Source: a virus
Virus record (IMG/VR): IMGVR_UViG_3300031746_000002
Span: 1 to 64,000 of that record
Length of the DNA: 64,000 nucleotides
Strand: one strand, 5' to 3'
The notes below the pieces were generated by a model that was given only the letters and a program-made list of their open reading frames with translations, had not been told where the DNA came from and did no database searches. This document shows positions 51,266-58,921 of the stretch, one piece after another. Both the position numbers and the translations under genes were made by a program. Within the stretch, counting starts at the first letter, position 1, and each line of letters begins with the position of its first letter.

Positions 51266-51627
51266 AAATACGACATTTACTTTTAGATTTTGAAGGAATA
51301 CAAAAAAATCTTAAATTACTTGATGACCCTAATAAGCTTGCTATAGTAATGATAAGAGCAGCTGAAGTGGCTTCAATGACAGCATTAAGCTGGAGCTTTC
51401 AAAAATATTTACCACAAGGTTTAACTGTTACTGTGTATTTAGCTGAAAGCCATTTATTAATATCAACAACACCAGAAAATAAAGAATGTAATATTGATGT
51501 AAGCGTTTGCAAAGAATCAAGTGATTTAGAAGCAGTAGAACAATATTTCAAAAAATTATTTAAACCAAAAAATATTATTAAGAATTGTATTGAACGTGGT
51601 TCTAAAAATATAGAAATAAAAGGATGA
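51262..51627 (+). CDS. speD: Pyruvoyl-dependent S-adenosylmethionine decarboxylase proenzyme family
   Basis: HLLLDF, PQGLT, LAESH (self-cleavage E/S), TPE and IDVSVC motifs. Confidence 0.8.
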   Translation: MKIRHLLLDFEGIQKNLKLLDDPNKLAIVMIRAAEVASMTALSWSFQKYLPQGLTVTVYLAESHLLISTTPENKECNIDVSVCKESSDLEAVEQYFKKLFKPKNIIKNCIERGSKNIEIKG

Positions 51628-51630
51628 TAT

Positions 51631-51700
51631 GGGACTGGCTTTGGTTGGGCTATTTAATTCCGTTTTCCTAGTTTAGCCGAGCCAGTCTCTCCTTTTGGAG
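51631..51700 (+). other. Long G-U-rich RNA hairpin plus SD-sequestering mini hairpin
   Basis: GGGACTGGCT/AGCCAGTCTC and TGGTTGGGCTA/TAGTTTAGCCG stems; CTCC-TTTT-GGAG. Confidence 0.55.
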
Positions 51701-51705
51701 ATGAT

Positions 51706-52227
51706 ATGAAAACAAAGAAAAAATTTATCAGACGTTTTTTAAGAAAAAATTCATTAGTTATAACTGCATTATTAATTATTTTATTAGTGGTAGTTGCAGC
51801 GTATGATGTTAGACAATATTTAATAACAAGTTATAATCAACGGTATTTTAGTAATAAACCATTGGAAGTTGTGATACCATTGAAATTTCGTTTTGATATG
51901 GCTAATGGTCTTACTACTACATTAATTCCTAGTTGCACAATTTATTCTTATAATAATGAACCATGCCAAACTGATGATACTCCAAACTGGACAGGTAGTC
52001 GTAGAATGGTTTGCGAAGGCATGGCTGCTGTTTCACAAGATCTATTTAATAAAGATGTTTATTATGGCGATATAATTTATATTACAAAAATTAGAAAATA
52101 TTTCATAGTTGAAGATACAATGAATGCTAGACATAAAAAATCATTTGATGTATTTCTATTTGATAAGACTATTTCACTTAAATTCTTTTCAAGAAGTGAT
52201 GTAGTAGTATTGAGGATAAAAAGATAA
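51706..52227 (+). CDS. Membrane-anchored 3D-domain (lytic transglycosylase-like) protein
   Basis: TM segment; QTDDTP, AAVSQD, VEDTM and FDVF motifs. Confidence 0.75.
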   Translation: MKTKKKFIRRFLRKNSLVITALLIILLVVVAAYDVRQYLITSYNQRYFSNKPLEVVIPLKFRFDMANGLTTTLIPSCTIYSYNNEPCQTDDTPNWTGSRRMVCEGMAAVSQDLFNKDVYYGDIIYITKIRKYFIVEDTMNARHKKSFDVFLFDKTISLKFFSRSDVVVLRIKR

Positions 52228-52230
52228 ATA

Positions 52231-53241
52231 ATGCAAATTGATGTTAAAGAAATTTTAGATAAGTATAGTATTGAAATAACAGGTGAAACGCGAGATGAAT
52301 ATATTTGTGGATGCCCATTTCATGAAGATAAAACACCTTCATTTTCAATAAATAAAGAAACAGGTTTATGGATATGTTTTACATGTAATTCTTTAGGCTT
52401 AGAAGAAGGTAGTGGTAACTTTGTTAAATTAGTAATGTTATTAGAAAGTTGTTCATATGAAAGTGCAAAGAAAATAATATATAAGAATGAAGATGCAGAA
52501 ACAGTAGTAGAACGATTAACAAAGAAAATAAATAATGTTATTAACAAGGAGCATGAAGTAATAATAAAGAATTTAGATATAAAGATTGAATTACCACAAG
52601 AGTTTGAACTTTTTACTGATATAAAACAATGTCCCAAATATTTATTAAATAGATTACATTGGAAAACGATAACACATTTTAAATTAGGTATTTGCAGAGA
52701 AGGATATTATAAGAACAGAATTATTATTCCAATATATCATAATGAAGAAATTGTTGGTTTCCAAGCAAGATGGATAGGTAATGCTGATGAAGCTGAAGTA
52801 AAAAGATATTTATTTGCTTCAGGGTTTGTAACAAATAATTACTTATTTAATTATGATGGGGTTAAAGATTGTAAAGCACTTATACTTGTTGAAGGTTCTA
52901 TAAACGTTATGAGTATGCGGGAAAAGAATTTTAGTGCTGTTGCAGCATTCAGTGCTAAAGACTTAAGTATAAGACAATTAAAATTATTAGTTGATCTCGG
53001 TTTAGATGAATTAATAATCTGTTTTGATAATGATAGAAATAATGTTGGTCAAACTTCTGCTAAAAGGAATATGAAAAAATTAAGAAATTATTTCGATGTT
53101 TCAATAATGTCATTACCATTAGAAAAAGATCCAAATGATTTAGATGAACAGCAATTGAAAGCAATTTATAATTCAAGATATTATGAAAAGAGAACTTTAT
53201 GGCTAAAATCGTTGATTATGGCAAACTCTTCAGAAGAGTAA
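52231..53241 (+). CDS. dnaG: DNA primase (CHC2 zinc finger + Toprim)
   Basis: CPFHEDKTPSF...CFTC, RIIIPI, LVEG, FDND and KDPND motifs. Confidence 0.92.
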   Translation: MQIDVKEILDKYSIEITGETRDEYICGCPFHEDKTPSFSINKETGLWICFTCNSLGLEEGSGNFVKLVMLLESCSYESAKKIIYKNEDAETVVERLTKKINNVINKEHEVIIKNLDIKIELPQEFELFTDIKQCPKYLLNRLHWKTITHFKLGICREGYYKNRIIIPIYHNEEIVGFQARWIGNADEAEVKRYLFASGFVTNNYLFNYDGVKDCKALILVEGSINVMSMREKNFSAVAAFSAKDLSIRQLKLLVDLGLDELIICFDNDRNNVGQTSAKRNMKKLRNYFDVSIMSLPLEKDPNDLDEQQLKAIYNSRYYEKRTLWLKSLIMANSSEE

Positions 53242-53984
53242 GACCTTCTGTTAGTACTTCATCTTTAGGTAGATACTTTGCTTGTCCAGCATCATATTAC
53301 AAACAATATGTACTTCGAGAAGAATTTGCAGAAGAGAAAGGAATACCAGCTATCAGAGGCATTGCTATACATAAATGTCTTGAAGATTTTTATAATTCAG
53401 GAAACTTCGATAGACAAAAGCTTATATCTAGTTGGAAAGAAACATTTGAATATGTGATGAAAAAGGAAAAAGTAGTTATTCCTGAAAATGAACAGAAGAA
53501 AATATTAACTGAAGGTTATCAAATGTTAAATTCATTTTATAATGAACAGGAAAGAGATGGATTACTTAAAAAGCCTTTATTCAATGAAAAATATTTAAAG
53601 ACTGTTTATAGGGGTGTAGTTATCAAGGCTAAAGTTGATATGATTATCAACTGGAAAGATGAAATGTATATCTATGATTTTAAAACAAACTGGCATAAGT
53701 TTGGTAATAAAGAGCTTAATGAAAACCTCCAAGCTCATTTAAATTTATGGTTGTATAAAGCTACATATGGAAAAGAAGCTAAATTTTGTTTTCATTTTAT
53801 TAGATTAAAACAAAGACAATTTATAGAAAAATTAAATGAAAAATTATTATTAGATGTAATTGATAAGTTATTAAATGCTCATATAGATAACAATTTTCCA
53901 ATTGAACCAACAGACTGTAAATACTGTATGTATCAAAGCAGATGCGAACGTTTTACTAAACAAAAAACTATTAAAATCTGCTGA
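53199..53984 (+). CDS. PD-(D/E)XK exonuclease, Cas4/AddB-like with Fe-S cysteines
   Basis: CP, RGIAIH, KVD...DFKT and CKYCMYQSRC motifs. Confidence 0.85.
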   Translation: MAKIVDYGKLFRRVRPSVSTSSLGRYFACPASYYKQYVLREEFAEEKGIPAIRGIAIHKCLEDFYNSGNFDRQKLISSWKETFEYVMKKEKVVIPENEQKKILTEGYQMLNSFYNEQERDGLLKKPLFNEKYLKTVYRGVVIKAKVDMIINWKDEMYIYDFKTNWHKFGNKELNENLQAHLNLWLYKATYGKEAKFCFHFIRLKQRQFIEKLNEKLLLDVIDKLLNAHIDNNFPIEPTDCKYCMYQSRCERFTKQKTIKIC

Positions 53985-54001
53985 AATTCTGCTGAAATAA
54001 A

Positions 54002-54014
54002 GCTTAATAATTAA
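54002..54014 (+). promoter_or_regulatory. Promoter motif GCTTAATAATTAA
   Basis: Exact repeat of the 41454 and 58673 copies; upstream of the histone-fold gene. Confidence 0.6.
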
Positions 54015-54045
54015 TTGAAAGGAAATAATAAAGGAGGTGAAAAAG

Positions 54046-54309
54046 ATGGCAAGGGTAAGCGGAGCAGGCAAGGGAAACAAACCAGAAAAGGTTGAGATGG
54101 TCCTTATGAAATCAAAAGTTTACAGGCTAGTTAAAGGTGAGCTTAAGATGAGGATATCTGCTGCATGTTTTGAAATAATCTCAGCAAGAGTTATAACAAT
54201 GATAAAACAAGCTGCTGAGCAAACAAAGGTAGATAAAAGGGAAACTATCAAACCAAGGGATTTTGATGCAGCTGCAAGGGCTGCAGTAGCAGGAGAAAGT
54301 AAAGAGTAA
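54046..54309 (+). CDS. Histone-fold protein (bacterial/archaeal type) with N-terminal tail
   Basis: VLMKSKV..LVK (helix 1), MRIS (L1), long helix 2 ending AAEQTK.DKRETIKPRDF (R.T..P.D L2/helix 3 signature). SD AGGAGGTG before ATG 54046. Confidence 0.82.
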   Translation: MARVSGAGKGNKPEKVEMVLMKSKVYRLVKGELKMRISAACFEIISARVITMIKQAAEQTKVDKRETIKPRDFDAAARAAVAGESKE

Positions 54310-54341
54310 ATAGAGGAACAACGAAAAGGAGGAAAGTAAGT

Positions 54342-54779
54342 ATGAGTATTCAGGCTGATTTAAAGAAGTTAAGGGAAAAGAAGAAAGAGATTGCGGCAAA
54401 AATTACAAAGTTATTTGAAGAAAGAGGAGCAAATAACAAAAAGATTGCCGAACTCAAAGCAGAAGCATCAAAGGAAAAGAAAGCAGCAGCAAAGGAAGCA
54501 AAGGAAACAAAAGCAGAAAAGAAAGAAAAGAAAGTTGAAAAGAAAGAAGCAAAGAAAGAGACAAAGAAAGAGGCAAAGAAAGAGGCAAAGAAAGAAGAAA
54601 AGAAAGAAGAAAAGAAAGAAACAAAGAAAGAGGCAAAGAAAGAAGTTAAGCCAGAAAAAACAAAAGAGAAAACAAAGCCAGTAGACCCAGATGATGAAGA
54701 TGACAAAAAAGCACCAGCGGAAAAAGAAGAAAAGAAAGACGAAAAAAAGAAAACTGCTGATGAAGGCGATGACGAATAA
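54342..54779 (+). CDS. Coiled-coil + KKE(A/T/E)-repeat protein with acidic tail
   Basis: 12-bp AAGAAAGA(G/A)NNA repeats; DPDDEDD and DEGDDE tail; SD AGGAGG. Confidence 0.7.
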   Translation: MSIQADLKKLREKKKEIAAKITKLFEERGANNKKIAELKAEASKEKKAAAKEAKETKAEKKEKKVEKKEAKKETKKEAKKEAKKEEKKEEKKETKKEAKKEVKPEKTKEKTKPVDPDDEDDKKAPAEKEEKKDEKKKTADEGDDE

Positions 54780-54807
54780 ACTTTAAATTATCCGGGTAAT
54801 TTAAATG

Positions 54808-54844
54808 GGGTGGAGTAGCTTAAACCCTACTCCACCCATTTTTT
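54808..54844 (+). terminator. Rho-independent terminator
   Basis: GGGTGGAGTAG/CTACTCCACCC 11-bp stem plus ATTTTTT; preceded by a near-palindrome at 54782-54805. Confidence 0.85.
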
Positions 54845-54859
54845 CAAAGGAAAACTAAC

Positions 54860-55351
54860 ATGAAAGATAACAGACAAAACGTTCACGAATTCTATATTGG
54901 TTTAGCAAAACAAATAGCTTCAAGGGGAACATGCTTACGCAGGCAGATAGGAGCTGTTTTAATTAAAGATGGTATTATATTAGCAACAGGATATAATGGA
55001 CCGCCATCAGGGTTAGCACACTGCGATAAATGTTTTCGCATAACTAATAATATCCAAAGCTCAACACGTTTAGAATTTTGTAGAGCAGTACATGCTGAAG
55101 AAAATGTATTAATTCAATGTGCTATAAAGCAGACAAATCCCACTGGTGGAATTTTATATTGCACACATTCTCCTTGTGTTACTTGTGCAAAAAGTATTAT
55201 TCAAGCTAAAATCAGTGCTATTATATATGATGAAATTTATCCAGATGAATTGACTCAGCAAATGATAGGAGAGTCTTCTGTATTATTTTATCAAGTTAAA
55301 ACTCCTAACTTAGATACTTTATTAAAACTTAAAGGACAAACATTAATATGA
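54860..55351 (+). CDS. dCMP deaminase (ComEB-like)
   Basis: CLRRQIGA, TGYNG, HAEEN and SPCVTC motifs. Confidence 0.93.
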   Translation: MKDNRQNVHEFYIGLAKQIASRGTCLRRQIGAVLIKDGIILATGYNGPPSGLAHCDKCFRITNNIQSSTRLEFCRAVHAEENVLIQCAIKQTNPTGGILYCTHSPCVTCAKSIIQAKISAIIYDEIYPDELTQQMIGESSVLFYQVKTPNLDTLLKLKGQTLI

Positions 55352-55884
55352 TAATCATTGTTGAAGGAATAGATGGTACTGGCAAAACTTATTTTTGTAA
55401 ATATATAGCAAAAAAATATGGCTTTAAATATATTCATGCACCAAAACCAAAGAAACCTTTCGATGAATTTGCTAAAACAGTTACTGCTAAGTACAAAAAA
55501 TTAATCAAAGATAATTTAAAAAAATATGTTATTTTTGATAGATCATTTTATAGTGAATATGCTTATAATTATAATAGGACACATAAATACATAGAGCAAT
55601 TTGAAAAATTATTAAATGTTAATTACACTGTTATATTATTTACTCTATCTCATTTAGGTATCAGGCGAACATTTAATAAATATATTGCTAATCATCAAGC
55701 TTTTGATAATCAAAATAAGTTTGCAAGAAAAGTAGCAGTACAACAGCGATATATTTATATTTTGGGAAAATCAAGACTTGCAAGTAAATACATAATAAAT
55801 ATTCCAGACACGCTTGATAAACTTGGTACAGGATATAAAAAAGCACAGAATACAGCTTTAAGAATTATTGAGCATATAATATGA
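55348..55884 (+). CDS. Thymidylate-kinase-like dNMP kinase
   Basis: IVEGIDGTGKT and FDRSFYSEYAY motifs. Confidence 0.85.
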   Translation: MIIIVEGIDGTGKTYFCKYIAKKYGFKYIHAPKPKKPFDEFAKTVTAKYKKLIKDNLKKYVIFDRSFYSEYAYNYNRTHKYIEQFEKLLNVNYTVILFTLSHLGIRRTFNKYIANHQAFDNQNKFARKVAVQQRYIYILGKSRLASKYIINIPDTLDKLGTGYKKAQNTALRIIEHII

Positions 55885-56891
55885 AATTAGATAATTACTA
55901 CAGTGAAATAACCAGAGTACGAGAAAAGATGTCACCTATCTCTATTTGCATTTATCCTACAAACCGATGTTCATGTAAATGTATAATGTGCGATGTACAT
56001 AAAATACAAGACAAAGCAGACTTACCTTTTGATAAATTATTAGATGTAATTATTATGGCGCATCTAATGAAAGTAGAAAGCATCGTTTTCATTGGTGGTG
56101 GCGAACCAACACTTTACGATCATCTTCCACATATAATAGAACATATAAATGAATTTACACAGATGTCAATGGGAATTCTTACAAATGGTAATACAAATTT
56201 TAATTTTGGTTGTGCTGCAAAAAACTATCGTATGAAATTTATAAGATTTTCAATAGATGCAGTTAGTAAAGAACTTTATAAAAAAATACGAGGAGCAGTA
56301 CTTGATAAGGTACTTAATAATTTCAGTACTGTTTTAAATGTTGCTCCAGAAAAAACTAGAATAAATGCTTTGATTATGGATGAGAATATATTTGATGTAA
56401 AGAACTTAATTGATTTTGCAGCAGATAATCATACAACTATTAATTTTACATTAGCAGTGAATTGTAATAGTTTTAAGAATAAAATAAAAATCAATGAACT
56501 TACAAGGTTACAATATTATAAAAGTTCTTGCCATAATTTAAACATACTATTTGAGAAGCATGAATTAATAAATAAACACGAATGTGTATTACCTTTAATA
56601 TACGCTGTAATTGATGCAAAGGGAGATGTGTTTCCTTGTACAATAGCAGCTCAAAGTTTGGGTATTAATATTGATAATAGAGATGTTATATTAGGTAATA
56701 TATGTCAAGATACATTTAGTAGTATCTGGCTTCGTTCTGGGACACGAAGACTGAACATGTCTAGTAATCCTGATAAATTCAATATTTGTCGCTGGTGTAA
56801 CAGGGGTGGTATATCTGCATGTAAACTAAATATGCAGTATAGAAATGAATATGAAACATTGAAAAGTCTTCACAAGGCAACATTCTTATGA
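55881..56891 (+). CDS. Radical SAM protein with SPASM/twitch domain
   Basis: CSCKCIMC (Cx3Cx2C), GGGEP, TNG, FSID, C...GDVFPC...CRWC. Confidence 0.9.
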   Translation: MKLDNYYSEITRVREKMSPISICIYPTNRCSCKCIMCDVHKIQDKADLPFDKLLDVIIMAHLMKVESIVFIGGGEPTLYDHLPHIIEHINEFTQMSMGILTNGNTNFNFGCAAKNYRMKFIRFSIDAVSKELYKKIRGAVLDKVLNNFSTVLNVAPEKTRINALIMDENIFDVKNLIDFAADNHTTINFTLAVNCNSFKNKIKINELTRLQYYKSSCHNLNILFEKHELINKHECVLPLIYAVIDAKGDVFPCTIAAQSLGINIDNRDVILGNICQDTFSSIWLRSGTRRLNMSSNPDKFNICRWCNRGGISACKLNMQYRNEYETLKSLHKATFL

Positions 56892-57502
56892 AACAACAAA
56901 TGATAGAAAACGAAAGATTAAAAACAGTTAGAAATCAACTACAAAGTTGCAAGCAATGTGAACTTTCAAAGCTTGAAATAAATAAACAAGATGAGGATTA
57001 TCCAGACAGAGGTAAAGTCTTTTCAACGGGTTATTCTGATGCAAAAATAATGTTTATAGGAGAAAGTCCATTTTTTAAAAGAGTAGTGGGAAATGATGGA
57101 ATAATACGACCATTTAATTTTGGTAATGAATATGAAGATAATGTTGGGTCTGGTAAAATACTTTTTAATATTTTATGGAAACTCAATGTAAAACGAGAAG
57201 ACATTTACATTACAAATTTAATCAAGTGTTCTTACAATGAAAAGTTACGAAAAAATATTCAAAAATATTTTGCTGAATGTTTCTTCTTAACAAAGCTTGA
57301 AATAGCTTTAGTAAAACCAAAAATAATCTTTTTATTGGGAAATGAAGTACATCAATTTTTTGAAACACATAAGCTGATGTCAATCATTCCTGAACAAATA
57401 ATAGCAATATCACATCCTGCATTTATTTATAGAAGTCCCGGCTTTAAAACTAAATATGAAGGTATTATAAAGCATCATTTAACAGAGGCGGGTTTGATAT
57501 GA
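56888..57502 (+). CDS. Uracil-DNA glycosylase family 4-like (Fe-S)
   Basis: CKQCEL, IMFIGESP, YITNLIKC, LLGN and HPAF motifs. Confidence 0.85.
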   Translation: MKQQMIENERLKTVRNQLQSCKQCELSKLEINKQDEDYPDRGKVFSTGYSDAKIMFIGESPFFKRVVGNDGIIRPFNFGNEYEDNVGSGKILFNILWKLNVKREDIYITNLIKCSYNEKLRKNIQKYFAECFFLTKLEIALVKPKIIFLLGNEVHQFFETHKLMSIIPEQIIAISHPAFIYRSPGFKTKYEGIIKHHLTEAGLI

Positions 57503-58671
57503 TTAAAGTATTATATGCACCATTTTATTCTATGAGAAGTTATAAAACAACTATGTGGTTACTTCAAAGAGATGGACATGCAACAAGATGCAGAAACATA
57601 GTTCATCTTTTATGTCAAAAATATAATGATGTAAATTTTGATATTATTATTCCGACTAATAATGATATTGATAATAGCTTCGAAAAATTCTTTGGGAAAT
57701 TTGATACTTCAGAATATGTTGATCGTGTTAGATTACTTGTAAATCCTTTTTATGCGCATAACACTGTAAGTGAACGAATGAATTTTCCATATAAATTTTT
57801 TAAAGAAGTATTAGCTAATAGCAATTATGATGTAGTAATTTATGAAAACATTGAAAATGCAAGATATATGAAAAATTTAATGTTACCTCATGCAAGACTA
57901 ATTTCTTCAATAACTCATTCACCAGCAACAGAAGACACAATTTTTTTAAAGCATAACAATTTTTTACTTCGGATCATTGATGGTCTATATGCATCTGATG
58001 CAGTGTTTTATAATACATCATATATTTTTAATAATATGGATTGTATACTATCAAAACATTTTCCTAATGATATTGCTATATTAATGGATAAATTAAAGGC
58101 ATCATATGCTTATACTAGTTCATATGAAATGGGATCAATTGATGATGTAGCAGCTGCAAAAGAAAAAGGTTCTGTTTTATTCATGAGTAGATTTTCAGAT
58201 GCAGACAGAACTAAAGTAAATGATTTTATAAATCTCGTTAAAGATTATAAATCTGATAAGTATCGTTTTTATATAACAAACCCTTCTGAAGCAATACTGA
58301 ATATGGATATGCAAAATTTATTAGACAGAGATAAATTAACTTTACTTCCACAACATAATAGAAGAGATTGGAAAGACATACTTCGACGAATGGAAATGGT
58401 AGTAATTTTATATGATGTTGAAAAATGTTATAGTACAGGATATTTTGAAGCAGCATTAAATAAATGCAAAATCATAACACAATCACATAAAAGTTGGATG
58501 TATAAATTAAATGAACATATTTATCCTTTATCTGATGACATAGAGCAAGCATTAGATAGTGCATCAACATGTCCACCAGGTAAAAACTATTTAGGATGTA
58601 AAGTAAGTTCTAATGATTTCACTGTAGAACATAGCTTAAATAAACTTGCATCAATAATTTTATGTAAATAA
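57499..58671 (+). CDS. GT-B fold glycosyltransferase (putative nucleic-acid modifying)
   Basis: ASDAVFYNT, VLFMSR...RTK and YSTGYFEAA...CKII (GT4-like donor-binding region). Confidence 0.65.
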   Translation: MIKVLYAPFYSMRSYKTTMWLLQRDGHATRCRNIVHLLCQKYNDVNFDIIIPTNNDIDNSFEKFFGKFDTSEYVDRVRLLVNPFYAHNTVSERMNFPYKFFKEVLANSNYDVVIYENIENARYMKNLMLPHARLISSITHSPATEDTIFLKHNNFLLRIIDGLYASDAVFYNTSYIFNNMDCILSKHFPNDIAILMDKLKASYAYTSSYEMGSIDDVAAAKEKGSVLFMSRFSDADRTKVNDFINLVKDYKSDKYRFYITNPSEAILNMDMQNLLDRDKLTLLPQHNRRDWKDILRRMEMVVILYDVEKCYSTGYFEAALNKCKIITQSHKSWMYKLNEHIYPLSDDIEQALDSASTCPPGKNYLGCKVSSNDFTVEHSLNKLASIILCK

Positions 58672-58672
58672 G

Positions 58673-58685
58673 GCTTAATAATTAA
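58673..58685 (+). promoter_or_regulatory. Promoter motif GCTTAATAATTAA
   Basis: Ends 7 nt before the first tRNA-like RNA. Confidence 0.6.
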
Positions 58686-58692
58686 ACTACTC

Positions 58693-58768
58693 ATAGAGGT
58701 GGAGCAATTGGTTAGCTCAATTTATCCAGCGCAGGTAAATTATATAGGTTCGAGTCCTATCCTTTATG
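58693..58768 (+). tRNA. tRNA-like RNA 1 with non-canonical anticodon arm
   Basis: Acceptor ATAGAGG/CCTTTAT; D arm GAGC/GCTC with TGG; T arm ATAGG-TTCGAGT-CCTAT; 7-bp anticodon stem, loop CAGCGCA lacking U33; no encoded CCA. Confidence 0.7.
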
Positions 58769-58770
58769 GT

Positions 58771-58892
58771 GGGCAAATGGCGCAGTGGCTTTGTACGCAG
58801 AAGTTGAATCACTCAAATTAGAGTAACAGCTTCAGTATGAATTTATGCTAGTTCACTTTCATACTTCGGGGGTTCAAATCCCTCTTTGCCCA
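58771..58892 (+). tRNA. tRNA-like RNA 2 (122 nt) with expanded anticodon and variable arms
   Basis: Acceptor GGGCAAA/TTTGCCC-A; D stem GCG/CGC; T arm GGGGG-TTCAAAT-CCCTC; 34-nt arm GAAGTTG...CAGCTTC; 32-nt arm AGTATGAA...TTCATACT. Confidence 0.7.
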
Positions 58893-58921
58893 TTTTATAA
58901 AATTTAGTGGAGGAGAATACA

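Noticed and set aside
53199-53984. Cas4-like gene as part of a CRISPR-Cas system
   Set aside because: No repeat-spacer array or other cas genes seen; solo Cas4-like nucleases are common in phage replication modules.
54350-54706. Alternative-frame ORFs (Arg/Lys/Gln-rich 54391..54684; Phe/Ser-rich minus ORFs)
   Set aside because: By-products of the purine-rich 12-bp repeat; only 54342..54779 has an SD.
41454-58685. Archaeal virus interpretation (TATA-like motif, histone, family-4 UDG)
   Set aside because: Sigma70-type promoters, a sigma factor, DnaE/DnaG/DnaB and a peptidoglycan amidase point to a bacterial host.
58693-58892. tmRNA, tRNA-Sec/Pyl or suppressor tRNA implying a recoded genome
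   Set aside because: No G3-U70 alanine identity or tag ORF and no UCA/CUA anticodon loop; genes read full length in the standard code.
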